Source: an uncultured Acidimicrobiaceae bacterium
Lineage (GTDB): Bacteria > Actinomycetota > Acidimicrobiia > Acidimicrobiales > Ilumatobacteraceae
NCBI GenBank assembly: GCA_963722635.1
Contig: CAVRNX010000037.1
Coordinates: forward strand, 1,698-65,697
DNA length: 64,000 nt
Reading direction: 5' to 3'
The notes under the pieces are model-generated. The model had not been told where the DNA came from and did not search any database. It worked only from the letters and a program-made list of their open reading frames with translations. Positions 10,727-21,969 of this stretch are shown here, piece after piece (within the stretch, counting starts at the first letter, position 1; every line of letters starts with the position of its first letter). Both the position numbers and the translations under genes were made by a program.

Positions 10727-11957
10727 CTACAACCCGTCGGACGGTTCGACCGTGGTGCTCGTCACCTTGGTGGTCGTGGCGGGAGCCACGCGTCGTCGTG
10801 GATGTGGTCGTCGTGGGCGGTCGCGTCGTCGTGGTCGTGGCCGCGCGAGGTTGCGTCGAGGAAGTGGTCGTGGCCGGAGCGACGGTGGTGGTGGTGGTCG
10901 TCGTCGAGGTGGTCGTGGTGGCGTTCGGATCGGGATAGTCCCAACGCATCTTCATCGCTTCGTCCGACTGCTGCTCGGGCTCGGTCACGCCGTCCCAGAT
11001 CAGCACCCGGTCGCCGATCTCGAGGATCGACTGCAGGCTTTCGCCGAGATACCGTGACACCCGGATGCAGCCATGCGAAGCAGGTTCGAGCGGAACGGTG
11101 AGCGCACCATGGATGGCGATGCCCTGGTTGATGTAGATCGGGTCGTACATGCCGCCCAGGCGGCTCTCGCGTCGTCCCTCGACCTTTCGGTACGCCTGGA
11201 ACACGCCCGGCGGGGTATAGGCGCGGCCACAGATCGCCTTCTCGATGACCTCCTCGAGCGGCACGCCGCTGTCGTCGGTGTCGATGGTCACCGTCTCGCA
11301 GTACTCGGCGGCGGTGTCCCACCACGGCGTGAACGCGGTGACGCCCTCGACGAGGTCGCCCGTCGATATGTGGGCGACGAGTGCCGGCTCGTCGCCTTGG
11401 AACACGATCATCACCTGCTCGGGCAGGTAGATCTCGGTGTGGTCGGCCAGGCCGCTCGTGGGGCGCCGGGGTCGGATCGCGATCGGATCCTGCATCCGGT
11501 CCCACATCTCAGGTGTCACCTTGCCGGTCGCCTCGGAGCGGGGCACACCCATCACGAGCTTTTCGAATGCCCACACCGCCTGCTTGGTCAGCGTACCGAA
11601 CTGGCCATCGAGCGGGCCCGAGTCGAACGCCAGTTCCGAGAGACGCTGCTGCACCATCTTGACGTCGTCGCCGGCCAATCCAGCGGACAGGGTGCGCCCG
11701 AGCGGCACCTTCTGAATCGCGACATCGGTCGGTTCGGTAACAATCTGATCATCGGCGTTGATCGTTGCCACAGGATCGGTCGGAGGAGGCATCGCAGACG
11801 GTTGCCCCACCGACGTGTCGGATGCCGTCGTGCCGTCGTCCGAATCGCCACCACCGCTGATTGCTCCGGCCACCACGACGGCCGCCAACAGACCTGCAGC
11901 GGCGCCGACGGGTAGCCAGCGGGCGATGTTGTTCTGAGGGCGGGGGCGGGAGTTCAC
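10727..11957 (-). CDS. L,D-transpeptidase (YkuD) with peptidoglycan-binding domain and Thr-rich tail; frameshift near 10790
   Basis: N-terminal TM; PG_binding_1 (GDDVKMVQQRL..GPLDGQFG.LT..AV.AFEK); catalytic IAIHG..ASHGCIR. Reconstructed end VAPATTTKVTSTTVEPSDGL. Confidence 0.88.
10750..10925 (-). repeat. Low-complexity Thr-codon tract (coding)
   Basis: GTG/GTC triplet runs on + strand encode TTTTSTTTTTTTVAPATTT. Confidence 0.8.
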
Positions 11958-12032
11958 GGTGTGGTGTCGGGGGCGCGCGGAGGAATCACGTGGTTGTGGT
12001 TCAAGCTATCCAACTGAAACTCCGCATGGTCC

Positions 12033-12072
12033 GCGGTTGTTCCCGATTTCGTACGAAATCGAAGAAAACCGC
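12033..12072. terminator. Inverted repeat with perfect 18-bp palindromic core; terminator or operator
   Basis: CGATTTCGTACGAAATCG at 12044-12061, flanked by GCGGTT/AACCGC. Lies between the GT2 stop and the L,D-transpeptidase start. Confidence 0.5.
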
Positions 12073-12077
12073 TGTTC

Positions 12078-12836
12078 TCAGCGGACTTTCCGGATGCCCT
12101 CGAGGTCGCCCCGCAACGTCCACATCTCCCTGAGGATCGTCAGGATCACCCCTGGCGAGCTGAGTGTCGACTCGCCGCGCGTACGGGGGAAGTAGTCGAC
12201 CCCCATCTGCATGATCTCGTAGCCGAGCCGGGTCGCCCGGATCACCAGCTCGGCATCGATGAACGACCCCTCGCTCTCGAGCGCGACGTGATCGAAGATG
12301 CGGCTCCGACACAGCTTGAACGCGAAGTTGATGTCTCGCACCTTGACACCGAACAGTGCCTTGACGAGACCGTTGTACACCCACGTGTACACACCCCGCA
12401 GCAGGCCCTCACCGGTGCGGTCGAATCGGTAGGCGCTGATGATGTCGACGTCGTATTCGCGCAGCAACCGCACCGCCCGCGGCAGCTCCGACATGTCGAA
12501 GGGCAGATCGGCGTCGGTGTACAGCACCAGGTCGCCGGTGGCGGCTGCGAATCCGGTCTTCATCGATCCACCCAGCTTGCGGTTGCGTTCGTGATGGATC
12601 ACACGGATGTGCGCGTCGCCGGCGGCCAGGCGATCGGCGATCTCGCCGGTTCGGTCGGTCGATTTGTCGTCGACGACGATCAGTTCGTAGTCGGCGATGT
12701 CGCCCCGAGCGACCAGGTCGTTGCAGGCTCGCGCTCCGAACACGAGGGCGCGCTCGATGTAGTCCTCTTCGTTCCACATCGGGTAGAACACCGACAACTT
12801 CTGGAACTTCTCGGTCGGGGTGTGCGCATCCGCCAT
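12078..12836 (-). CDS. Glycosyltransferase family 2 (polyprenol-phosphate glycosyltransferase / DPM1-like)
   Basis: LSVFYPMWNEE, IVVDDKSTDRT, HERNRKLGG, LYTDADL, RDINFAFKL, FIDAEL, PRTRGES. Confidence 0.88.
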   Translation of the reverse strand: MADAHTPTEKFQKLSVFYPMWNEEDYIERALVFGARACNDLVARGDIADYELIVVDDKSTDRTGEIADRLAAGDAHIRVIHHERNRKLGGSMKTGFAAATGDLVLYTDADLPFDMSELPRAVRLLREYDVDIISAYRFDRTGEGLLRGVYTWVYNGLVKALFGVKVRDINFAFKLCRSRIFDHVALESEGSFIDAELVIRATRLGYEIMQMGVDYFPRTRGESTLSSPGVILTILREMWTLRGDLEGIRKVR

Positions 12837-12894
12837 CGACGGCGAGGGTAGCCGCGGGCCACGTCGGAGCGACGACGGCCCTAGAGTCGACCCC

Positions 12895-14818
<1,924 letters not shown>

Positions 14819-14962
14819 CACCCATCAGGTCACCAACCTGACCCGAATTGGCCACCGCAGTGCACCGATGAGTCATCGGATCGACCGAAGCAGGTCAACC
14901 ATCGCTAGATTTGGGCTTTCCGACCGGTAGCGAGGCCATCGCTCACCGTTCGCACCGACGCC

Positions 14963-16636
14963 ATGCAGCCACCAACAACGATCGAGCGGAAACCTGGCGG
15001 CGATCTGGGGCTGCGGCTGTTCCAGGGATTGATCGAGCCGTCACCGAACGTGGCCGATCGTTCCGACCGACGGACCGCCCAGCTGCTGTCGACGATTCTG
15101 TTGCTGCTGGCACCACTGGCGCTGCTCTCCGGACTGCTGCAAGTGATCTCCGGCGGATCCACGAACTCGGTCCAGATCACGCTCGCTGCGGCAGTCGTGA
15201 TGATCGTGCTCACCTACCTGCTCAGCCGCACCCGACATTTCCGAGTAGCGGGTGCCCTCACTTCCCTGATCCCGACGGCGGCGGGCTTGGGCGTGCTCGC
15301 GGCGAATCCGGATGATCCGGGATGGTTCGCTTTCATGGCGCTCAGCCCGGCGCTGGCAACCCTCCTGGTACCGATCCGGTGGGCGCTGATCCTGGCACTC
15401 GTGAACCTCACCGGTGTGATCGTGGGCGTCGTCGCAACGCCTGCACTCGATTCGGTCGTCGTGGTCGTGGCGATCATGTTCAACGCCATCGTGTCCGTCA
15501 TCCTGGTGACCGCGGCCGGCTTCCGCAACCGCCTCGAACAGGACCGCAGCGCCGATCTGCTGGCCAGGCAACAGCTTCAGGACAACATCCTCGCCGGCAC
15601 GTTCGGTGGCATCGCCATCGTTCACGATGGCGTCATCACCGAGGCGAACGATGCCTTGGCGGATCTGTTCGCAACGGACTCGGACAGCCTGCTGGGCGCT
15701 GATCTCCACCAGTTGTTCGACGAGACGTCCCACGGTCTGCTCGACCGCATCATCGAACAGGCCGACCGCCTTCCGGTCGAGGTCTCCGCCGTCCGGCGGG
15801 ACGGCTCGGTGTTCGATGCGGAGGTCCTCGTCCGCACGACCACCGGCCCGAGCGCAGCTGCCCATGTGCTGGCGATGCGCGACGTCACCCAACAAAAGCA
15901 GGCCGCCGCTTCCCTGCTCCGGGCCCAGCGGATGGAGTCGGTGGGTCGGCTGGCCGCCGGCATGGCCCACGACACGAACAACGAGTTGTTCGTGATCTCG
16001 GCGATCGCCGAGAACCTCAAGTGGGAGCTGAAGGATGCCGGCATGCCGACCGGCACGGTTCAGCAGGTGCAGGACGCGACCGACCGCATCTCGACGCTGA
16101 TTCGTCGTGTGCTCATGATCGGCCGACACAGCGAGACGAAGCCACGCCTGATCGACACCGGGGAGTTCATCGTCGAGTCCAGCACGATGTGGCGTCAGGT
16201 GCTCGGAAGCGCTGTGGACCTCCAGCTCGGCAAGGCCCAGGGAGGGCTCGTGCACATCGATCGAGGACGGTTCGAGCAGCTCCTCCTCAACCTGGTGCTC
16301 AACGCGCGCGATGCCATCGATGGCGCCGGGCAGGTGTGCATCGAGGCGATGCCGGTCGTCCTCGACGCGGCCCGGACGAACGGGGTCGACCTCCCCGCAG
16401 GCCGGTATCAACGGATCACCATCTCCGACAGCGGCGACGGAATCGCCAGCGAGCACCTCGCGCACATCTTCGAACCCTTCTTCACCACCAAGCAGGAGGG
16501 ACGAGGCACAGGCCTCGGCCTCTACACGTCGATGGAAATCGTCCGGCAGTCGGGTGGAGCCCTCGTCGCCGAGTGCGACGAGCAGGGTACGACATTTGCC
16601 GTGTACCTGCCCGAAGTCCGTCGCGGCCGAAGCTGA
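14963..16636 (+). CDS. Membrane-bound PAS-domain sensor histidine kinase
   Basis: About 6 TM helices, PAS ([16 protein letters not shown]), H-box [13 protein letters not shown]-box [29 protein letters not shown]. Confidence 0.92.
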   Translation: MQPPTTIERKPGGDLGLRLFQGLIEPSPNVADRSDRRTAQLLSTILLLLAPLALLSGLLQVISGGSTNSVQITLAAAVVMIVLTYLLSRTRHFRVAGALTSLIPTAAGLGVLAANPDDPGWFAFMALSPALATLLVPIRWALILALVNLTGVIVGVVATPALDSVVVVVAIMFNAIVSVILVTAAGFRNRLEQDRSADLLARQQLQDNILAGTFGGIAIVHDGVITEANDALADLFATDSDSLLGADLHQLFDETSHGLLDRIIEQADRLPVEVSAVRRDGSVFDAEVLVRTTTGPSAAAHVLAMRDVTQQKQAAASLLRAQRMESVGRLAAGMAHDTNNELFVISAIAENLKWELKDAGMPTGTVQQVQDATDRISTLIRRVLMIGRHSETKPRLIDTGEFIVESSTMWRQVLGSAVDLQLGKAQGGLVHIDRGRFEQLLLNLVLNARDAIDGAGQVCIEAMPVVLDAARTNGVDLPAGRYQRITISDSGDGIASEHLAHIFEPFFTTKQEGRGTGLGLYTSMEIVRQSGGALVAECDEQGTTFAVYLPEVRRGRS

Positions 16637-16667
16637 GTGAGCCGGGCCGCAAGCTCGGCCCGAACGT

Positions 16668-17741
16668 TCACAGCAGTCTTCTCAGGATGCCCTCGACCAG
16701 ATCGACGCGGCCCGGCATCGTGTCGACGATGACGAACTCGTGGTCGGCGTGGGCACCGCCACCGACAGCGCCGAGCCCATCGAGTGTCGGTACACCGAGG
16801 GCAGCGGTGAAGTTGCCATCGCTCCCACCGCCGACAGCGACGCCACCGATGCCGGGCATCGCCGCCTCGGCCAGCGGATAGAGCTGAGCGGATGCCGACT
16901 CGGGCATCGGGGGCCGCCCGACACGACCGCTGACCACAATCGTGGCCTCGCTGTCGACGGGCGTCAGCGTCGCCATCAGTCCCTCGATGCGAGCCGTCTC
17001 GTCGGCACTCGTGACGCGAACGTCGACCTTGATGCGCGTCTCGGCCGGAACCACGTTGTCGGCCGTGCCCGCCTTGGCGACGGTCGGCGTGACGGTGGTG
17101 CCCGCTGCCGGGTCACCGAAGTCAGCGATTCGCAGCACCTGATGCGCCGCCTCGATCAGCGAGTTGACCCCCTTTTCGGGTTCGAGCCCTGCGTGCGAGG
17201 CGCGACCGCTGACGATCACCTCGAACGTACCGGTGCCCTTGCGACCGGTCTTCACAGCACCACCGTCGGCGCTGGGTTCGAGCACCAACACATTGCCGCA
17301 CGCCTTCGCCCGCTCCTCCAGCAACTCGCGCGAGGCCCCAGAACCGACCTCTTCGTCGGCGGTGAACAGCATCTCGACACCGGATCCGTCGTCGAGCGCG
17401 GCAACGGCATGGATGGCCTGCACGATGCCGGCCTTCATGTCGAACACGCCGGGACCGGTCGCGGTGCCGTCGACGACGGTGAACGGCCGCTCGGCCAGTG
17501 CCCCCAGGGGGAACACCGTGTCGTGATGCCCGAGGATCAAGACACGCGACTCGCCGCCACCCGTCCAGTGCACGTGTGGACCGGCCGGACTCTCGATGAT
17601 CGTCGCTGCCCGCCCGGTGCGCTCGGCGATCAGGGCCGCCAGGTTGGTTGCCGATCGGGCCAGCGCCTCGGTATCGAGCGAGGGCGACTCGACCTCGATC
17701 AAACGTCGAAGATCGGACACGAGCGTTGCGAGGTCGGCCAC
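16668..17741 (-). CDS. M20 family metallopeptidase (carboxypeptidase G2-like)
   Basis: LGHHDTVF, GPGVFDMKAG, DEEVGS, VLEP, GRASHAG, GGGSDGN, GGGAH. Confidence 0.92.
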   Translation of the reverse strand: MADLATLVSDLRRLIEVESPSLDTEALARSATNLAALIAERTGRAATIIESPAGPHVHWTGGGESRVLILGHHDTVFPLGALAERPFTVVDGTATGPGVFDMKAGIVQAIHAVAALDDGSGVEMLFTADEEVGSGASRELLEERAKACGNVLVLEPSADGGAVKTGRKGTGTFEVIVSGRASHAGLEPEKGVNSLIEAAHQVLRIADFGDPAAGTTVTPTVAKAGTADNVVPAETRIKVDVRVTSADETARIEGLMATLTPVDSEATIVVSGRVGRPPMPESASAQLYPLAEAAMPGIGGVAVGGGSDGNFTAALGVPTLDGLGAVGGGAHADHEFVIVDTMPGRVDLVEGILRRLL

Positions 17742-17820
17742 GGCGCAACCGTACCGGCCCGGCACTCCGGCTGCGGCCACGAACTACCCGTCGAGGTCCC
17801 TCGAATGCCAGCATGACGGG

Positions 17821-20121
17821 ATGCGACAGCATCGAACGATTGCACTGCTGGTCACGACCGCTCTGGTGGTGACCGCCTGCTCGGGCGACGACGACCAGGG
17901 CACCCGGCTCGGCACCACCGAGGCGACCATCACTTCTGCTCCGGATACCACAGAGGGGTCGGCCGACGCGACTGCGGTAACGACACAGCCGTCCGACGAC
18001 GGCCAGCCGGCAGCCGACTTCGAGCCGGCGAGGTTCAACGCAATGCCGGGCACCGAGCAGGTCACCGCCACCGGGGCCGAACCCGGGCGCACGCTGGCCG
18101 TGTACGACACCAGCGGGGCCGAACTCGCCACGGGCACGGTCGACGAGTTCGGGGCGCTCGTGTTCCGTGATCTACCGGGTGACACGATCGTGACCGTCGG
18201 CGACAGGATCGAGCGCAGCGAGCCGGTCACCACGTTCGCTCGCGACGATCACCCCGAACGGCCCTTCTACGCCGAGCAGCGTCTCCCCACCGACGGGCTG
18301 GGATACATCACGACCCGCGACGGCACGACGTTGTCAGCAAGCGTGTGGCTGCCGGGCCCGGCCGAGGACGGGCCGTACCCGACCGTGGTCGAGTACTCGG
18401 GGTACTCCCCCAGCGACCCCGCCTCTCAGGGCTTCCCCGACGTGTTCGTCAGCCTCGGCTACGCGTACGTCGGCGTCAACATCCGTGGCACCGGATGTAG
18501 CGGCGGATCGTTCGACTACTTCGAGTACGCCCAGAGCCTCGACGGCTACGACGCGATCGAAACCGTCGCCGCCCAGCCGTGGGTTCGGAACAATCTGGTC
18601 GGGATGGTCGGCGTGTCGTACCCGGGTATCAGTCAGCTGTTCGTCGCCCAGACCCAACCGCCCAGCCTGGTGGCGATCACCCCGTTCAGCGTGATCGCCG
18701 ATACGGCGACCTCGACGCTGTACCCGGGCGGCATCCTCAACACCGGCTTCGCCGTGGAGTGGGCCCGGCAACGCACCGACGAGGCCCGTCCCGAGGGTCA
18801 GGGCTGGACGACCGACCAGATCGGGACCGGCGACGAGATCTGTGCAACCAACCAGGAGCTGCGCCTCCAGAACGTCGACCTGCTCGAGCAGATCACCGCC
18901 AATCCGTTCTGGACCGATGAGGTTGCCGCCGGCTTGGCGCCGCGCCTGTTCGTCGATCGCATCACCGTGCCGACGTTCGTCGCCGGCGCCTGGCAGGACG
19001 AGCAGACCGGCGGGCACTTCCCGACCATGCTCGACCGGTTCACCGGCACCGACCATCTCTACGTGACCCTGGTCAACGGCTTGCACACCGAGTCGATCGG
19101 GCCCGCTGTCTTCCCGCGGTTCGTGGAGTTCCTCGATCTCTACGTCGCAGAACGCACCCCGTCGCTGGCCGTCGCCCGTTCCGTCGTCCCGTTGTTGGGC
19201 GCCGGCTTGTTCGGCACGTCCGAGCTGGCGCTGCCGGAGCAGGACCGGTTTGCCGGCATGTCGCCCGCCGACGCGCTGGCGGCTTTCGAGAGCGAGCCGC
19301 CGGTGCGGGTGCTGTTCGAAGAAGGCGCCGCCGACGGGTTCCCGGCCCGCTCGCCGATGCCTCGGTTCGAAGCAGCGTTCGACGCCTGGCCGATCCCCGA
19401 AGCCGTGGCCGCCGAGTGGTATCTGACCGGTGCCGGGCGGCTCGGCAACTCGCCGAACGAGGGCCCGTCGAGCACCGACTACCTGGCGTTGCCCGATGCG
19501 ACGCCGCCGACGTTCTACGAGGGATCGTCGTCGGGGATCTGGTCGGTCGACGTGGAGTACGACTGGCAGGAGGGCGGTCTCGGCACGTTCGCGGCGTGGG
19601 CCACCGATCCGCTCGGAACCGAGACCGTGGTCGTGGGATCGGGCTCGGTCGATCTGTTCGTGCAGTCCAACCTGGGTGACACCGACCTGGAGGTCACGAT
19701 CACGGAGATCCGGCCCGATGGGCAGGAGATGTACGTCCAGAGCGGCTGGCTACGGGCATCCCATCGCACCCTCGACGAGGCGGCGTCGACCGAGCTGCGG
19801 CCGGTGCACGAACACCGAGAGGCCGATGCCGCCCCGCTGCCCGAGGGAATGTTCGAGTTGGTACGTGTCGAGCTACTGCCGTTTGCCCACGTGTTCCGAG
19901 CTGGATCCCGAATCCGGTTGATCGTCGACGCACCGGGTGGCAACCGGCCCGTGTGGCAGTTCGACACCATCGCCGGTGGCGAGCAGGTCACGATCGGGCA
20001 CGATCCGCTGTTCTCGTCTCGGCTGGTGCTTCCCGTGGTGTCGTCGGTCGACGCTCCCGATGAACATCCCGAATGTGGCGCCCTGCGCGGCCAGCCCTGC
20101 CGTCAGTACACGGGCCCCTGA
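17821..20121 (+). CDS. CocE/NonD family (peptidase S15) hydrolase, lipoprotein
   Basis: Lipobox VTAC; TRDGTTLS, GPYPTVVEYSGY, VNIRGTGCSGG, nucleophile motif GVSYPG, GWLRAS, FRAGSRIRL. Confidence 0.9.
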   Translation: MRQHRTIALLVTTALVVTACSGDDDQGTRLGTTEATITSAPDTTEGSADATAVTTQPSDDGQPAADFEPARFNAMPGTEQVTATGAEPGRTLAVYDTSGAELATGTVDEFGALVFRDLPGDTIVTVGDRIERSEPVTTFARDDHPERPFYAEQRLPTDGLGYITTRDGTTLSASVWLPGPAEDGPYPTVVEYSGYSPSDPASQGFPDVFVSLGYAYVGVNIRGTGCSGGSFDYFEYAQSLDGYDAIETVAAQPWVRNNLVGMVGVSYPGISQLFVAQTQPPSLVAITPFSVIADTATSTLYPGGILNTGFAVEWARQRTDEARPEGQGWTTDQIGTGDEICATNQELRLQNVDLLEQITANPFWTDEVAAGLAPRLFVDRITVPTFVAGAWQDEQTGGHFPTMLDRFTGTDHLYVTLVNGLHTESIGPAVFPRFVEFLDLYVAERTPSLAVARSVVPLLGAGLFGTSELALPEQDRFAGMSPADALAAFESEPPVRVLFEEGAADGFPARSPMPRFEAAFDAWPIPEAVAAEWYLTGAGRLGNSPNEGPSSTDYLALPDATPPTFYEGSSSGIWSVDVEYDWQEGGLGTFAAWATDPLGTETVVVGSGSVDLFVQSNLGDTDLEVTITEIRPDGQEMYVQSGWLRASHRTLDEAASTELRPVHEHREADAAPLPEGMFELVRVELLPFAHVFRAGSRIRLIVDAPGGNRPVWQFDTIAGGEQVTIGHDPLFSSRLVLPVVSSVDAPDEHPECGALRGQPCRQYTGP

Positions 20122-20128
20122 TGCGTCG

Positions 20129-20231
20129 GTTGGGAGTTGTGCCTCGAGCGTCAGCCGCTCGGCGAACTGCGACCAATCGCCACGGGGGTCCGGGCGGACC
20201 TGTCCGCTGAGCCTCCGGCACAACTCCCAAC
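20129..20231. repeat. 103-bp element bounded by perfect 15-bp terminal inverted repeats
   Basis: GTTGGGAGTTGTGCC (20129-20143) and GGCACAACTCCCAAC (20217-20231), with further inner pairing TCAGC/GCTGA. Lies between convergent genes. Confidence 0.75.
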
Positions 20232-20278
20232 TTGCATCCCGAACGCGATCACATCGCCGGTTCAGGCGCCCGTTCGTA

Positions 20279-20960
20279 TCAGGTCGACTCGACCGGCGGC
20301 GTCCAGGTCATGTCCATCAAATGGCCACCCGGGCCATGCGTCGCCATCGTCCACTCCACCGGTGACGCGCACCGGCGGCGTCCAGGTCATGTCCATCAAA
20401 TGGCCACCCGGGCCATGGGTCACCATCGTCCCTTGCACAGGCGGAGCGACCGGCGGCGTCCAGGTCATGTCCATCAAGTACCCGCCCGGGCCATGGGTCG
20501 CCATCGACTTGTACACCAGGGGCGGCGTGACCGCTGCCGCGACAGGGAAGCCCATCGAGTGCCCACCGGGACCCTCATTGGCGTTCGACCACGGAACCTG
20601 GGTCTGCGTCAGCCACGGCGCTGTCAACGAGTTCGAACCCGGACCCTCGGTCGCGAAGTCAGGGGCTTCGACCGTTGGAATCACGAGGCTCGGACCGCTC
20701 TCGTTGTTCAACAAGACCGCTGCGGCAACCACGCCTGCGATCGCCAGGACCAGGATCGGCAACCATCGCAGCCAACGAACCGTCGTCGCTGCCCGGTGAG
20801 GCTCGGCGACGACCTCATGCCCGTCCTCGCCGATGCTCGGGATCTTTGCCAGCCCGCTCAGATCGTCGGGCACCCCGAGGCGATCCACCACCTCCTGATG
20901 GCTCGCGTCGATCTCGCGTTCAGCGGTATGCCTCAAGTGTGTGCGCTCCAGAAGCCTCAT
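20279..20960 (-). CDS. Single-pass membrane protein with C-terminal HGPGGHLMDMTWTPPV repeats; frameshift near 20368
   Basis: GGAGG RBS before ATG 20960; TM WLPILVLAIAGVVAAAVLL; last repeat reads MATHGPGGHLMDMTWTPPVEST-stop in the shifted frame. Confidence 0.75.
20292..20506. repeat. Three near-identical ~58-bp direct repeats, period 78-79 bp (coding)
   Basis: ACCGGCGGCGTCCAGGTCATGTCCATCAA...CCCGGGCCATG..CCATCG starts at 20292, 20371 and 20449. Confidence 0.9.
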
Positions 20961-21022
20961 GACCGCCTCCTCTCGTTCTCGATTCCATTGTCCGCCATGT
21001 GCTCGACCGGATCCGGCAGCAC

Positions 21023-21096
21023 CGCTGGGCGTGCGTGGTCGATGCGCTGGAGGACCTCTGGCCCTGGACATGTGAGCCGCTTGCGAGAAACTGGAG
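21023..21096. promoter_or_regulatory. Candidate SARP binding array, 11-bp phased CTGG-like units
   Basis: CTGG at 21025, 21047, 21058, 21091; CATG at 21069; CTTG at 21080. All are in 11-bp register within the divergent intergenic region. Confidence 0.45.
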
Positions 21097-21114
21097 TAGA
21101 GAGGTGGTTGCGCC

Positions 21115-21858
21115 ATGGCGAGCGAGCACCTGATTCGGGTACTCGGGCCGATCGACATCGTCGCGCCGACGGGCAGCGTCATGGCCGGGGGAAATCGGCT
21201 CCGGGCGCTGCTGGCTGCGCTGGTCATCTCGGCCGGGCGGGCGGTGCCGATCACCTCGCTCCGCGAGATCTTGTGGGGCGACAGACCCCCGGCCGCGGCG
21301 GGCAACACGCTCCAGACCTACGTGTCGCACCTCCGACACATTCTCGGGGCCGATGCGGTCGCCCTCGTCGATCACTCGTATCGGCTCGACGTCGATGTCG
21401 GCAGCATCGATGCTGTTCGGTTCGAGCGGCTACTGGCCGAGGCAACCGAGCAACGCTCGGACCCTGAGCGTTGCCGAGCGTTGTGCCGCGACGCCCTGAA
21501 CCTCTGGCGCGGCCGGCCATTCGGAGAGTTGGCCGACGACGAATCGTTCGCGCTCGAGGCGTACCGGCTGGACGAACTGCGGCTGGCGACCATGGAGCTC
21601 GTGCTCGAGTCGGAACTCGCCCTCGGGCGACACGAGTTGATCGTCGGCGAGCTCGAGAACGCCGTCGTCGAGCATCCGTATCACGAGGGCCTGTGGTACC
21701 TCTTGATCGACGCCCTGACCCGCAGCGAACGAAGGATCGAGGCGCTCCGCGCATGCGAGCGTCTCCGCCACGTGCTGGCCGAGGCGGGCCTCGGGGCGGG
21801 TGACCGGCTGGCCGAACGGGAGCGATCGATCCTGCAGGGAGGCTCCACCCAGCAATGA
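21115..21858 (+). CDS. AfsR/SARP family regulator (OmpR-type wHTH plus BTAD), short form
   Basis: IRVLGPI, LRALLAALV, LWGDRPP..NTLQTYVSHLR, IDAVRFERL, ALNLWRGRPF, EHPYHEGLW. Confidence 0.93.
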   Translation: MASEHLIRVLGPIDIVAPTGSVMAGGNRLRALLAALVISAGRAVPITSLREILWGDRPPAAAGNTLQTYVSHLRHILGADAVALVDHSYRLDVDVGSIDAVRFERLLAEATEQRSDPERCRALCRDALNLWRGRPFGELADDESFALEAYRLDELRLATMELVLESELALGRHELIVGELENAVVEHPYHEGLWYLLIDALTRSERRIEALRACERLRHVLAEAGLGAGDRLAERERSILQGGSTQQ

Positions 21859-21969
21859 GCTGCACCCAGTTCGAAGTCGATGTGAAACGGAGTCGCCGGG
21901 GTCGGGGCCGGCGCCGCAGGTATCAGGTCGAACGAGGCACCGCCGGCGCCGATCGGTCAGACTCGGCCG

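Noticed and set aside
20129-20231. SRP (4.5S) or 6S RNA
   Set aside because: SRP helix-8 motif (CAGG..GGAA..AGCAG) is not seen on either strand; too short for 6S.
20292-20506. Regularly spaced direct repeats resembling a CRISPR array
   Set aside because: Repeats are about 58 bp with about 20-bp spacers, period is a codon multiple, they translate into a peptide repeat, and no cas genes are present.
20279-20960. Multi-core RiPP precursor next to a SARP
   Set aside because: No modifying enzyme, dedicated peptidase or exporter is adjacent, and the protein has a TM anchor. Not excluded, but unsupported.
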